Assembly: GCF_964194025.1 (NCBI RefSeq)
Contig: NC_134468.1
Coordinates: 49,414,001-49,478,000, forward strand
DNA length: 64,000 nt
DNA from: Convolutriloba macropyga
Lineage: Eukaryota
Reading direction: 5' to 3'
A program made the translations under genes and the position numbers. A model generated the notes under the pieces. The model worked only from the letters and a program-made list of their open reading frames with translations. It was not told the origin of the DNA and did no database searches. Below, one piece after another: positions 34,836 to 48,824 of this stretch; within the stretch, counting starts at the first letter, position 1; each line of letters begins with the position of its first letter.

Positions 34836-37668
34836 GCACAGGAGATTATTGAATATGCATTTTGCTCCAAAGTCCAATGCCTGCAGAATATTTGCTCTGT
34901 TCGCATAATTTTTTTCCTGTGTCAACTGGTCAAATTAAATATCAAGTCAGCTTTTTGGGATTTTTTCTGCTTCCCCGCCAGTCTGTTTGCAACCCCAGTT
35001 ACATTTGCACGTGTGCTTGGGAAGGGGTCGGAAAAGTTGTATGCGCAGTAAGCTGGGGGCTCCGAAACAATTGGAATTTTCCCCCCTTGGTTAAGCGGGA
35101 AGTTATAGAATATTGTATTTTGTTGTTAGAAAGTTTCCAGCTGGGAACTGACTAGCGCCCAAAAATTATCAAAATTCCAAAAGATTTGTTTGGTGGTTCG
35201 TATGTTAATTGGGAGTGTACTGTTTTGTCCCAAAAAATGGTCTCTCAACTGCTTAAAAGTTCACTTCGGATAAATGAATCAGTTATTCCAGCAACTGATA
35301 AATTTATAGCCAGAAACATGTAATTGAGTAATATCGACAATCCAAAAGTAACTTTTTAACAAAACTAAATAATGGCCCACAGTTAATCAAACCAGTTCAA
35401 TCAATTTATCCACTGGTGTCAAATATTCATTCGACTGACGTCCTAAACAAGATAACTGTTCTGCTAGCTATGCCTCCCAGTAGCTCTTACTGACCAAAAG
35501 CTTAGTTTCCTCGTAGCCAACGATTTTGCTCTGCATTTTCATTCGCTGAAGCTAGGCAACTTTATCCTTTCGCAACGAATTAACAAAATTCAGATTCCGC
35601 TCTCTGACAACCAACTATTCGCTTCCGTTTTTTCTCCCCCCTCGCGTGTGATCGTTTTTCTTCTGCCTTAGGGTACTCAGTCTTATCAACTTTTATCAGC
35701 GATAAGTAACGTGTCGTTTCATTCAGCAAATTATGACCTAACGCAAAAACGGATTAGTGGTCGTAGGATGGCTCATTGAATCATTAACAAGATGGCTCAT
35801 TTTGTAGCATCATTAACAAGTGTAGAGACAACAGTAATAAGTAAAATCAAGAAACCTAAGACCTTTCGTTTGTTTTCGTCCCCTATTTGAGAGTTTTATG
35901 CCATCGTTAACTGTGGCATTAAAATGATGCCCAGTTTGAATCCTTAATGTGTGAGCTATTTTTTCAACAGGCAAAATGCTTCTGACAAAAACTTCCTTTC
36001 TTGATAGTGCGAAAGAAGTCTTCAGGTATTGTTTTAAAACGAGAAGTTAATATCTTCGTGATACCGTATCAAGCTCGCTGTTTTTCTAATTGCATACGCA
36101 AATGTTCGGTGCACCATCGGTTCAATTTTTGAGGCAAATTGGATTTTAGGAAGTACTATTTTACAGGGGTCGGGATGGGGCGTCGAAAATTCAAACGCTT
36201 ATACTTTAAACAAAAATTCTCTCTGCCAAAAATCTTCCCGACAACCCTCCTCTTATTCTGTCTTTGAGTCTTGTAAAGAATTCTAAGCAGTGATTGCTTT
36301 TTTGACTGATCTCAAACATCTACCATATCGCAATGTTTCCACTCAAAAACTTGGCTGTGAGAATTTTTGTTATAGAATTGCCCCAACTTTTCATGCTAGA
36401 TTCCATTGACAGCATTGATTTTCTCCACTGTGAGATTAGAAAAGCTCTAGCTAAAGTTAATGTTTTCTGTTAAATATCATGAAAAACATTATTTTTTCTC
36501 GAATTTCTTTTTTGCGCCAAACCTTTGTTGCATTTTCTGTTCTTGTCTAGTTAATCCCTCCAAGCGGGTAATTGCTTAAAGGGAACAGTCCTTTTTCAAA
36601 ACAAATGCGTTCTTGGAATATAACTTTTATAATTTAAGGAATACCTCTAAGCAAAAATGTCCAGTGGTTTTTGCTCAGTATAAGGTTCTTTTCTGTAACC
36701 GAATTGTGTTCCTCGCCTGCGATATCCTCCTTACTTCTTTCTTTGTCTTTCTAGCAACCTAATGAGTTGGAACAACAAGGTTCCCTTTTGTTAAATTTAT
36801 AATGTGAAAGAAATTCACTCCAACTTTACTGGTCGATACTGTCTCTAGTTTGTTTTTTTGTAATCCTTAATTTTTTGAAAAAAAAATATGGACCATAAAG
36901 TGCTTTAAAAATATGTTGAGCGTTTTTCCCATTTTTTGGTATTTTTTCGAAAAATCCTAAATTGTTTTTGCCTGAAAGAACTATTCATTACCTCCCAGCG
37001 CTTAATTGCTTACAGGGAACACTCAGTCATTTTCGATATCGACTGAGCTTTTATAAGTTTAGTTCTACTGTTTTCGGGAAGACTTCGGAACCAAAAATAG
37101 CATTGGTTTTTGCTAAGTATTCATTTCTTTTCTGGTGTAATTGTATTGGGTTCACTGCATGCGATATCTTCTGTACTTTCTTCTTTGTCTTTCTGGGAAC
37201 TTTGAGTTTGTAAAGAAATTTTTTCTTTTGTTTGTTGCTTTTGCTCGCCAATTCTTCAGCAAATAACACAGGAGCACGTGTTGTGTAGCAACAAATAGAA
37301 TTTAATTGTGAGCCATAAAAACACGGGGAGGAAACTGAATAGATACCTGAATTGATCTGTCTTTCGGTCGATGCATCGAATGAGCGGCTCCAATGAACAA
37401 TCCTCCGAGTAACATATCCTCAATAGTTAAAAATTACAAACTGCCCTACCAGTCGCAAATGTTTACCTTCGCCCTAGGTTAAAGAGGTGGTGTGATGAGA
37501 AATAATCCGTTGCCCTGATCAGCTACAAGATCTTCAGATTTGTTTCTAGATAAAAATATGGATGGGATAGAAGATATTAGATGCGTGTGAACCAATTATG
37601 AAAGATATCGGGTACCCTAATCATAGCATCATACAGTGCTAACCTTCGAACCGAACCAATTGTCACAA

Positions 37669-38895
37669 ATGGAGCGGACAGCGGGCCCGCCTGTTGCGCA
37701 GGGAGATACAAGACGACCTATACTGCCCCAACATTTCCCCTCTCCCGATAGCCGAGTAACTGTCAATATTGTAGAAGACCATGATGATGCTCTCCAGTTG
37801 ATCTATCGTGAGATTGGCGCCAAACGTGTACCATTCAGTAACCTAGCTCTTATTCACTTTGACGCTCACCCGGATCTTATGATATCCGATAAATTACAAG
37901 CTGACGATGCTACTAATAAGTCTGCCTTGTTCGATACTTTAGGAATTGAAAATTGGATTTTTCCAGCCGTTTTTGCTGGGCATTTTTCAACTGTAGTTTG
38001 GATTCGACCTGCGTGGGCTTGTCAAATTCCCGATACGGAACCAAATAATCCACTTGATTTGTACATTGGCAAAGATCCAGTTTCGGGACTCCTGAAGGTG
38101 TCATGTTTACATGATTACTTTTTATCAGCATTGATTTACTCGCCTGCTGAGAAACTAAAGAATTCTGTTCCCTTTAAACTCTACGTTCTAAACGGAACTG
38201 ACGATGGAACAGCTGCACAACTTCGTCAAATTACCAGAGAGCACAAGTACATTTTAGACGTTGACTTAGATTACTTCAGCTGTCTGAATCCATTCAAGAA
38301 AATATTTTCCTCTGAGGAGTATGAAATAATAAAAAACTTGTACCATTTTGATCCTCCTAAGTTTAAATATGAGAAACGTGATGTTAATTTCTGCTTGGCT
38401 AGACGTCGCCGTCAGTTGCGAACTTTGGAAGACATAATTGTAAAGGGAACTCCAATTACTGATGAATACAAAAAACTGGCCATTGTGCTGGATAAGGGCC
38501 ACGACCCAGAAATAATACACAATTGTGGGCTGACCTTTGACACGACTGAGTTGCCGCACCACAAGAGCTCAGAGTTGGAGATCAAGACTTCCATGTACGA
38601 GTTCAGCCACTTAATAGCATGTGCAATGTCTTCCCCTGGCTTCTGCCCTTCCCTTATTACAATTGCCAGAAGTTCTCTGGACGAGTACTGCCCGAAGGAC
38701 CAGGTGGATCTGATCCAGTTCAAAGTGATTGAGACGTTTGAGGAGTTTTACCAGATGATGAGTATCATTTATCACTATGAATTTGTAGAGTACAAAGGTG
38801 AGAATGAGGATGACGATGGGCAGAGGACAAGTTTGAATCAAGAGGAGAGATTGAGTGATCAGATGATATTTTTGAACAACCTTAGAACTTCTTAA
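37669..38895 (+). CDS. C5orf22: UPF0489 family protein (C5orf22 homolog), intronless
   Basis: IVEDHDDAL, LIHFDAHPDL, IENWIFPAVFAGH, ILDVDLDYFSCLNPF, LPHH, ITIARSSLDEYCP. First ATG at 37669. Confidence 0.9.
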   Translation: MERTAGPPVAQGDTRRPILPQHFPSPDSRVTVNIVEDHDDALQLIYREIGAKRVPFSNLALIHFDAHPDLMISDKLQADDATNKSALFDTLGIENWIFPAVFAGHFSTVVWIRPAWACQIPDTEPNNPLDLYIGKDPVSGLLKVSCLHDYFLSALIYSPAEKLKNSVPFKLYVLNGTDDGTAAQLRQITREHKYILDVDLDYFSCLNPFKKIFSSEEYEIIKNLYHFDPPKFKYEKRDVNFCLARRRRQLRTLEDIIVKGTPITDEYKKLAIVLDKGHDPEIIHNCGLTFDTTELPHHKSSELEIKTSMYEFSHLIACAMSSPGFCPSLITIARSSLDEYCPKDQVDLIQFKVIETFEEFYQMMSIIYHYEFVEYKGENEDDDGQRTSLNQEERLSDQMIFLNNLRTS

Positions 38896-39195
38896 ATTAA
38901 AACAAACTTTTCTCAACTTAATTATTATAGATGACTGAATTGAATTTCTACCTCTTGTTTTTATGAAAATGCCCTCTGGAAAAGCAACGCTTCATTTCGA
39001 AAATATTTGGAAACTCAGAAGAGAAAAATATACAAGTCTTACGATCTTCTGCGAGGAACTACTAGCTCTAATCCAAATATGATGATGTAATTGAAACCCT
39101 TGTATTAGCATAAGCTTTATTTTCAGAGTAGTTATGTCCTTTGAGAGTTGCCAGATTAGCGCCTCGCTTGTAAACCAGAAACGTGATGAGCAACA

Positions 39196-42100
39196 ATGAG
39201 TTTTGGAAACTGTTCGAACCTGGTCCAAAATGAGTCTAACAGCCAGAGTGGTCTCCATGTTCCTCGTGGAAAACTGTGGCATGAATTGAAAAATCAGAAC
39301 AACACCCTGACATCTGGCTCTGATAGCTTAATTTATTTGTCTTCTGATGATGAAGAATATCTTGACATAAATGGGAACCGCACAGTGAATGATTCAAATG
39401 CGAAGCCTAACCGTGTGCCTAATCATCACGCAGATAAGACTTCCAAAAAGCGAATTGTTGTTCAAAAAGGAGCACCATCAGCTGTCAGAGAGGATGACAA
39501 TTTTCTTGTTCAGTGCAGCTCCAAAAGCTCGATCAACGAGGCTCAAAACAGTTCAGGTAAATCAAAGAAGAGATCTAAAAAGAGTAAACGATCAATGAAA
39601 ATAGACTCTTGCTCCTCTATTGAGGCGACCAAAAAGAATAAGAGGAAGATAAAGTGTCGAACAAAGAAGGCAAAGTCAAAGGCTAAAAAGGCGAAATCGG
39701 AAGATGATTCATCAACAATTGCAGAAAAAAACAGTGCAGTAGAAAGTGGTTCACTTGCTAGCTTATCGAGCAAAAACGCTAAAAAGGCATTGAGTCATAT
39801 TAATAACGCCGAATCGGAAACTGTAAAGGAATTGGGAACGCCAGAGGATATACGTGATGGCTCGAAGGTTAGAAGAAAAGCTTTGGCTGGAATCTTGGAT
39901 AAGCAAGGTAAACATAACATTTCAATAAATAATATTAAAGCAAATTAATCGAAGGTAGTCATAGTTCCTTTTTTCAGAAATCTGTAGTTCAGTTAGAGGT
40001 TCTATCCGAAAACGTTGCTTTGATTCCAATTTCGTTCGGCGTTTCGTCAAGTATAGGGTGCGAGGAAAAATTCTGCCGAGTTAAATTTTTAGCTGGTTTG
40101 TAGAGCCGTAAAGCTACATACAGCCAACTGAATAGTACTACTGCAGCGGTAGTAACCCCTGACTGTCGGAATTTCACTCCGTAACTTAATTTTCGTTCTA
40201 TTTTCTTCAGCCAAACAAAAGCTGAAACCTTGATAGTTTCTTCAACTACTTCGTGTTACATTGCCTCCAATCAATCAATCAATCTCAAATCAAAATTGGT
40301 GCAATCATATGGGCCCTGTCGGCTTGCGGTTTGTGAATAGCTCTTAATGACGCAAAAGAAGTTATTGGTTCTCTAATTTTTCAAGATACATATGTGCGTT
40401 TTTAACAGACCTTGTGATGATTATTCTTCTGGGTTAAGAGTGCTCAAAAGGCAGGGGTTGATGAGAAATTGAGAATAGCTTTTTGAACAAAGAAAAAATT
40501 TTGCCTTCACATTTTTGTTGCAATGTGATATTCCTGCTGCTTAGCTTAATGCTCTGTGAATAAAGACTGGAAGTGCCGATTTTTAATAGACATTGCAATG
40601 TGTTGCCATCTAATAATGCTCCCTGCAATCTTTATCTTAATTATGCTGCATTATTTTACTAGCTCTGTAATGGTTAACGATTGTGGTATCATCATAAAAG
40701 TTTCCAGATTGTTCCGACCCCCACTTTAGTGTGGAGGGAGGAGCTATATACTCAAATGGGTTTTTTTGTTCAGACAATTTTGGCCGATCGATATAATCAT
40801 CGTAGAGAGTTGTGAATGGTATCATTAGAAAGCCAGTCCAGCGTAGAATATGAAATTTAAAAAAAATTTCAATTTTTGTTTTTTATAGGGAGATATCGAG
40901 GTTTAAAGTTTTGTGAATAATTGCTGTTTTTATTCGCGTTTTCAGTATTTTTGACCAAGTTTTCGTCAATTTGGCTAAAAAAGTTTAAACTTGTTAACTG
41001 TACTGTTATTTATTTCAAGATAAAAGAGGGTTGCTGATTTGTTCGATCCGAGTTTTTTTTGGCAAGAATTTATCCTAAATTTTTCAAAATTGACTTTTTT
41101 CTAGCCCACTTGCTTTAAATTTGCAGGAAGTAGGCACCTTAAGACTGCGGTCGAATTCTTCTTAAGCTCAGAAAAGAGCTAGTTGTAATCCCACTGGCTT
41201 TAAGAGTCTTCTGGATCATAATTTTGCAAGTTTTTTTGCAAATTTAAACTCGATCCTTACAAAAAAGCATTATTTTGACAGACTGAAAATTTTGTTTAAA
41301 AACTGATCTTTTTCGCAATCATTTGAAAAATTGACTGTTTTGTTAGACGCGCAGCAATGTCTTGGCTGATATTGAACTCACCGTGGATAAAGAATTTTTT
41401 AGATTTAAATGGGGCGCGACCTTTTTTTCAAAGAATTTCCGCTATGTAAATGTTTTTATGTAAATTACTGACAAGAATCTCAAATCAGGGCTCAATTAAT
41501 GACAGATACCATTTACAAAAAAGATATCCAACGAATTTATAATATGGTTTCAGAGTTAAGCTTATGGTTTTTATGGCTTTGACCAATTGTTTTCGTAAAA
41601 ATTTTATAGACTTCTTGAGTTTTGCTTTGATTTGTTATACTTTTTGTAGCTCAATGACTTAGTGTCCCCAACCAAAGATGCATTTAGTTTTTTAGGAGGT
41701 ATAGATGAACCTAGAAAACTCTTTCAGTTGTTGTCAAATGTCTTTTATGATTTTGAATTTATTTGTTTTAAGAAAATATCCGTGATTTTTTTAACTTTGC
41801 CAATTTTATCTTATTTCTTTCAACTTCGGGCGCAGCCTCAGTAAAAGCAGACAGTAACCAATTTTGTTTGAGTAATAATTTTTTTTGGAAATTGTTTTAT
41901 ATTCAACTAATGTTTTCCTTGTTTTCATACTACGCGTTTTCAAATATTTTTATTCATTTTCATTTTTAAGCATAATTGCATTTTTTATGAGTCCATTTTG
42001 TTTGCTTCTCGAAATATCACATTGTTGGCAAATTTACTTGAAAGGAAAACAAAGTAAGAAAATTGAACATTGTTGGAAAAGTGCGTATCTGTATATGTTA

Positions 42101-45100
42101 ATTGTTTTTGTTGAATAATTTATGCTTTTTGGGCGGAGACCAAGTTACCTCGCAAAATTTTAAGGATTTTGTTTTTTTTCTATGTTTTTCTTTCTTTTTG
42201 TTGTAGTCCTTCATATTCCTGATAACGATAGGTCTCAATTGCTTCCACAGGACCAACTACTCCACCTACATAAAGATTTTAGTTTATAGCTGTTTGTTTT
42301 AATGACTTTCAAGTTAAATTTTTAAAAAAAGTTTTTTTAAATTTCTCTTTTTGCTTTCAATTTGGTCACCATGTAACTCAATCTCACTAATAAGAATTCT
42401 CAATTACTTTCGATGATTCATCCACTTTTATCGTTTTATGGCGCTTTGTTATTCGTTGTGACTGATTGCTTCCACCATTTATTTTCAAAAAGGTTTTCGA
42501 TATTTCTATACTGTTCAATTTTCGGGTTTCTTGTTGTTGTCTTGTCTACGTTGTCCTTTTATAGGGAAGGCTTGTTGATGTTAGGATGAGGAGAGCGGGA
42601 TGATTTACAGTTTCTGCGGGTAAAATCTTATTAGTATAGTGCCTTGAATAGTGTAATGTAAAATTGTTTGAGGTTTTGGCTTCTTTGTGTGTTTGTTATT
42701 TATTTGTTATTTTGTGGAGTCTTGAAGTCGTCTCATTATTAATAGGCTCAATTGGCTTCCTGAGGTGTAGCAATTGAGTCCGTCTCAAATCTGTTCTGAC
42801 TTTTGGAAATATTTGTTTCCAAAACATATTTGGGTTGTAAACATAGGTCACAACCCGTTTGCAGTGAGCTATAAATTAACTCTTATAACGGTTTAAGCTT
42901 CAAATTTTTGTTTCTTGGCTTTGTTGCTACTTTTACTACGAGAGTTCATAGAATGTTTGAGATTTTTATATTTTTGTACACTTTAGGATTTTTGTTTTCT
43001 TTTTGGTTTATAACAATAATCGTAAGTCCCCATTGGCTTTAAGTTTTTGTGCTATTGAAGATTGGATTATGGCATGTCTGAATTGCTTCCTATGGAGATA
43101 TAAATGAAAATTTCGATGATTTCTGGTGATATCTAATGACATTAATAACTGTGAAGTTAATTGTTTTCAAAAATAGAAACGTTTTTTTTTAACTTTGCAC
43201 CTTTTTTCAACTTTTGCAACTTTGCTATTTTTTCAGTTTTTTGTCGACCTGTTAACCAGTCGCATTGAGAACCGGTCCCATATCTTTTCTGATGAAGTAT
43301 AGGTTAAACTGTTTTGTTTATGTTTTATCTGATGCTAGTTCGATTTTGTTATGATTTTTTTAATTATAGACATCGAGTTGTGGTCGTAAATAATGTTTGT
43401 TTTTTGATTTTTTATGCTCCTTGTTAGTAGTTCTATTATCAAAAACGTTCATCGGCCCTCTAGCGTGGCATTATTGTATTCCATGGGTTGTTTATTGAAC
43501 GATATGTATGTTTTTGATCTCTTCATCAGTTGGTAGCTAATTAAGTTAACAATGTGGATGAGCGGGGTCGGAACATTATGTGCGCACGCACATTACCGAG
43601 CCTCCTTGTTAACGTTGAAATTTGGTGATGAAATATTTTAACTTTATGTTTATTTAATTTTTGAGATGCTGATAGTCTGGTCACCTTGACACCAGAAGAT
43701 CCAAAAAACGGCTTTCTAAAACAGTCTCATGAATTTTGATTTTGCGAGCAAATTTAAAGTTCACTTGGTTATTTTTGTCTCATTTTATGGAGAGATATTG
43801 TCTCAAAAAGAGTTTTGATGGAAATATTTTCTGTCTGTTTTGATTACTGAGGTTACGCTGAAATTTTGACCGGAAAGTTTTAAGATCATTTGTACAACTC
43901 GAGAATAATAAGTTTTAGTACTAGACCGAAGTGCTATAGCTTTGAGCACACCGAAAAGGGATTTGTGTATGGACAACTAATTGTGTTTGAAGTGTGTAAA
44001 ATATTACTGAGACGGTAACTTTGTATCGTTTTTAGGGCATTAATGGCACTGAATAACATTAAGGGACTTTGATACAGCCAATGAAAATGAAGTAATTGTC
44101 GAATAGCAAAAATTGCAATTAGGGATGGAAGGATTTTGGCAATAATGTCTTCAGATCTTGACTTCATGATGTATCAATTAATTCCAAATTTTTGTGACAA
44201 CAATTACAAACGAAAACTACGGATCAGTTAAATTTTGTTCGGCCTCCAATGAACATTAGCTCTGGACAGTTGTAAAATTGTTTTTTTTTTAAGTTGAGTT
44301 GGAAAAGTCCATGGGTATTGATGTACTCTTGGCCACCAAATCAGCTGGAACTTATCTAACCCCCATGCTCTTTACGCAGCACACTTTAATAAGAGTTATT
44401 GCTTGAATGCACGTAGTACCTCACGTAGAGAATATTTATTACACTGAAACTTAGTTTGTAACATTTATATTAGAACTGTTGGTCTTTATATGCGATATTT
44501 CGTACTTTCGACTTTCCGTTTAATTTTTTTGATCTTCTGACTTTTCGTCCTCGAAAACAAGATAAACAAGAGTCCGGAGGGAATTAAGTCGCTAATAAGC
44601 ACAGCTAGCTACTGTCGAAGCCAACCGCCCGCCAGCCGTATGAGAGCAATTCGCACTCGGGTTTAGTTGGTTACGTTTTGTCATTCTACGTAGTTATGTG
44701 ATCTAATATTTTGAATACGTTTTCAATTAGATAAATGACTTGCGGCCGCCTGCGTGCAATTTCACCTGGTGCCCAAATTTCACCTGGTGGAGTCGTATAG
44801 AAGAGTGCTAAAATCTGTACTTAAATTGCGAAAAGGTGTTATGTTAAAAAGAGATAGATAACATTTTATTGTCATGTCAAATTTCAGTCAACATTTATGT
44901 ATGGCATGAGAAGTGTAAGTATAATACAAATGAAAACATTAAACTCGACATTTATCATTTTATTAACACGAATACAACTTACGCATCCTTCAACGAGGCG
45001 GCACCCGGAGTCTGTGCATAGCACAGAATGTTACAACATGCCTGTCAAGGTTGCTAAACTTAAATTCTGCCAGAGAAACCGTTGGGAGTGTCCGAAAGCA

Positions 45101-48100
45101 ACTTATATGCATGCATTGGAGAAAATTACATTTGAACTGCAACACCAAAGCCCAACAAAAAATTATTTTTGTTTTTGTCAATTAGTCACTACTCAAGTTT
45201 CGTAACTGTTCTTTGTTTTTTTTCTATAAAACTAGGTGCCGAATTTCTTTTTCAATATTCGATATGATTTTTCGAAATTTCATGAGCACAACATGACAAA
45301 TAAATTTTCAAATTCTCGCAGAAGTTTTATCAGCTACATTTAAAAATAGTTAGACACATTTGTCGAAATTATTAAGTACTTATTCTAATTTTTCTTTCTG
45401 ACAGTTTTTGAGCTCTGCCTGTATTTGTCTAACATTTGAATGAACTATCTCTCACACTTACTATCCGTCTCTCCCTCCATCATACACGCATACCAGAAAC
45501 ATAAGAAACACACCCATGAATGCACGAACACCAGCGCGCACGCACACGCACAATAACATACACAAACACATAAAAACCGTACCTCCAAAAAATCTTAAAT
45601 TTTCTTTGACATGTAATCATAATTCGAAAATCGTCAGCGTTTATAATATGGCTCGACTGTTTTTCTTGAAGAATTGTTTTTTCTAGTTGTGACTTCTCTA
45701 TGAAATTATATCGGTATTAGTAAAATTGACAGTGAAATCCGAAATTACTTTTAAAGGTTTCCGAAGTTTTTTGTCATTTTTGATGTTTTGTGAGCGTAAG
45801 GGCACAGTAAATTTTCAACATTTTTCAAAATTTCAACGGCGCAATAAATTTTCCTCTGAGATTAACAAGCACACAGCCTTGCATTGGACATATTGAAATA
45901 CGCGATTTTCTGTTTCCCTTTTCGATGTAATTTTTGTCTATTACCATTTCTGCGGGTTTTTGCTCTCTGCCTCTGTTTGTACCTAACGTTTGAAGGAACA
46001 ATTTCTCTTATGAAAACTTTCTCTTTCTCTCTCTCTCACACACAAACACTCCTCTCTCTCACATATATCACGCACATTGAAAAAACGCCCATGTATACAC
46101 CCACACAGCCGCGCATGCACACATACAAACACACAAACCTCGCCACCCAAAAAAAATTGAAATTCGAAAATATTCTTTTTGACATTTGATCTTTACAAAA
46201 TATTCGTCTTGGTTGTTTTTTTTCTGATGAACCAGCTAAGGACTTCTTGAGGCATTTGTATCGCGGTAATCGTCAAATTGACTCTAAAATCCGAATTGAA
46301 CTTTTTGATTTATTTCGAAAAATTCATGTCATTTTTGATGTTTCGTGAGCATTTTCGTTCCAGAGCCCATTCCAGAGATGTTTCCAGAGCCCATTCCAGG
46401 GATGTTTCGTTCCAGAGCCCATTCATTTTTCAAAATATACCAAGACGTGAAAAAAGTTAGAATTTTTTAATGCTTCTGACAGTTTCTGAATTCCGCCTCT
46501 AATTGTTTTTAACATGTAAAGGAACGTCAGAAGCTGTTCGTAAAGTCGTGTGTCAATTAGTAGCTTTGAGGAACTTTGTTTATCATATAATTTAATGTTT
46601 TGGCTTTTCTTTTTTTTAAGTAGGAGTATTTGCAAAGAAATATGAAAATTCAATAATTTTTTTGAGCACTGAAAATAAAATATTTTTCTTTCAAAAAAAA
46701 AAATTTGCGTTTACAGATGCGGAGTTTCGTAGTCAATGAAGGATCTATTTTTTCATTTATAAACGCCCAAAGACTTAAAAATTTCAGTTCCAGGAGTAAT
46801 TTCCAGTTAAAGAGAAATGAAACATTATTTTCTCATTTTCAAAAAAAAATGTAAACGTATTAAATTTTTCAACCTGACAATCCCTAAACTCTCTAACGTT
46901 CAATTTTATCTGTTTTTCTTTATACTAGGGAAGATTAGTTCGAACTATCTGCTCTGACTTCATAAAGAATACAAATAAAATTTTCCCCTTTTTTCAATAT
47001 TTAATTTGGTTGATTTGAAATTCATTTCTTGATACTGATTTTCTTTACTTAAATCGTAAGTTCTGATTAAATGAGACGAATTATTTGCAGAACTCTAGAA
47101 TTTTGGAAAATCACTTATGAGAGCTCTAAAGCCTGAAGTCTTCAATTTCCCACAGATCTTTTTGATACAGAGAAAAAAATGTTTCGTACAATATTTTTTA
47201 AACAACAGAGAGGCGTATAGAAAGGTTTTTTAAACAAAATTTTGAGAAAATATTTTTGGAAATTTTTGGTCATATAGTTCAATTTGTTAATTTTTAGGCT
47301 TGAAACTGTAATGTATTATTGAAAAGTCTCCATTTGACCTTACTAAATTTACTACAATATTTTTCTTGGTTTCCATCTTAACTATGAATCCGATTTGACA
47401 CCCCTTCCCCCTGCACCCACTCCGCCCTCGAGCGATCGTTTTTTCTTTCTCAATTTTTCTTTCGAATATTCCAGTGTTCCACCTTTTTTCAAATTTCTGA
47501 TATTCTTAAAAATGAAAACTTGATCCTGAGGGCTACAAAATGGTGTCTTTCTTTTGTTTCTCTACGATGCGTAAACAAAAGTAAAAATTTGACTGAAGAA
47601 AAACGCCAACCTCACATATATATTCCCCCATTTTTGAAAAAAATGTTTGAACATTAATAAATTTGGATGTGCAGGATTTGTCGTTGGGATGTTGTTTTCT
47701 CCCTGTATACATGAATAGATAGTTTCGCTTTTTATAACGCAGAGGCCTCAATTGTTTTTCTTGTTTGCTTTTCTAACTACGTCAATTCTGTATATGTAAA
47801 ACCATTTATTAGCAGAAAGCAGTAGTGAAGATGACTGAGGACAAAACTATTGAACAACATCATAAGTTCTTGCTTTGAAAGTCTGTTTTGTAAATACTTG
47901 TGTTTGAGTTTATTTGTCATGCTCCTGAACATATATTCCTAAACGTATAGACGTTTCGTTTTTGAGTAGTTTGCTATGCGCAAGAGCGTATTAGAGCATT
48001 TATTGTTGATTGATACTTTTAGATTGTCTGCCCGTTCAAACCCCGCAATCAATTAGTCTCGATGAGTTTTGGCAGATTCCGCCTCTAACAGATAAAGACA

Positions 48101-48408
48101 ATATAGCGCATCTTGCCTTAGAGAAACGAAATATCGTACAAGACAAATTGAAGAAAACAGCTGCTGTTTATCCCACAAGTGCTCTGCTAATCTGTAATTT
48201 GGATGTCGTTGCAAATCAGTTTTGTGTACCTGAAACAAACAACGACATTGGTAGTTGGCATTGCAGCTTCATTGAGAGTTCCGATTCCTACCAGCTACCT
48301 GACACCATTTTTACTGTTGGTAAGTCCAGGAATTCTGCGCATGTCAAATCTGTGTCTGATCTGAGCATGGTGGGTGTTTATAGAATCGAAGGTCAATTTC
48401 AACTGTAA
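39196..48408 (+). CDS. Orphan gene A: two exons (39196-39907, 48023-48408), 365 aa; Lys/Ser-rich disordered N-terminus and C-terminal divergent dsRBD-like domain
   Basis: The phase-1 donor CAAG|GTAAAC (39908) and phase-1 acceptor TTTTAG| (48022) join in frame (1098 nt). Sequence on both sides of the junction is homologous to gene B. Confidence 0.72.
43270..43480 (+). repeat. Dispersed repeat family E; related copy at ~59920-60150
   Basis: Shared CATATCTTTTCTG, TTTTATCTGA.GCTA, TAGACAT.GA, CTCCTT and TTCAT.GGCCCTCTA blocks. Confidence 0.6.
44990..46970. repeat. Dispersed repeat family B, inverted copy inside the gene A intron
   Basis: The reverse complement of 45010-45125 matches 18893-19000, and the reverse complement of 46860-46970 matches 17210-17320. 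Confidence 0.7.
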
Positions 48409-48824
48409 AATTCCCAACCCAAGAGTCATACAATTCTCTTGTTTCGGTCTTCATATTAAGTCTTCATTTCGTTCTTCAAATCCCTCAATTTTGTGAATCT
48501 CCCTAACCACTGGAGATCATCTCCAATGGGTTAACAAACGGGGTTGATGTAAATTTTAGAATTTTGAATTGTGGCCTACAACCTATCATCTCTCGAAAGG
48601 TTACACACCAGGCCTTTTTTCTGACTGTGTAGTAAGTTATGGCTGTGAAATAAATTGATTTCTTTCATCTGTAAAAATGCTGAAAAACATGAAAATGGTA
48701 CATCTGCAATACGTATTAAAAATTTTGTTTTTTTTTTGGTTTTGACTCCACTTTCAGCCAAATTGGTTTTTTAGACAATGTTAACATGTTATTGTAAATT
48801 TGTGAACCTTCCTATTAGATTTCT

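Noticed and set aside
35900-37270. Short Lys-rich ORFs and coding-like sequence between the tRNA and C5orf22 (also 5235-5426, 43934-44167, 50924-51115)
   Set aside because: No recognisable motifs or splice partners; likely chance ORFs or unidentifiable relics.
39196-39948. Stand-alone 250-aa intronless gene
   Set aside because: A phase-1 donor at 39908 and homology to gene B across the junction favour splicing to 48023; the last 13 codons are probably intronic.
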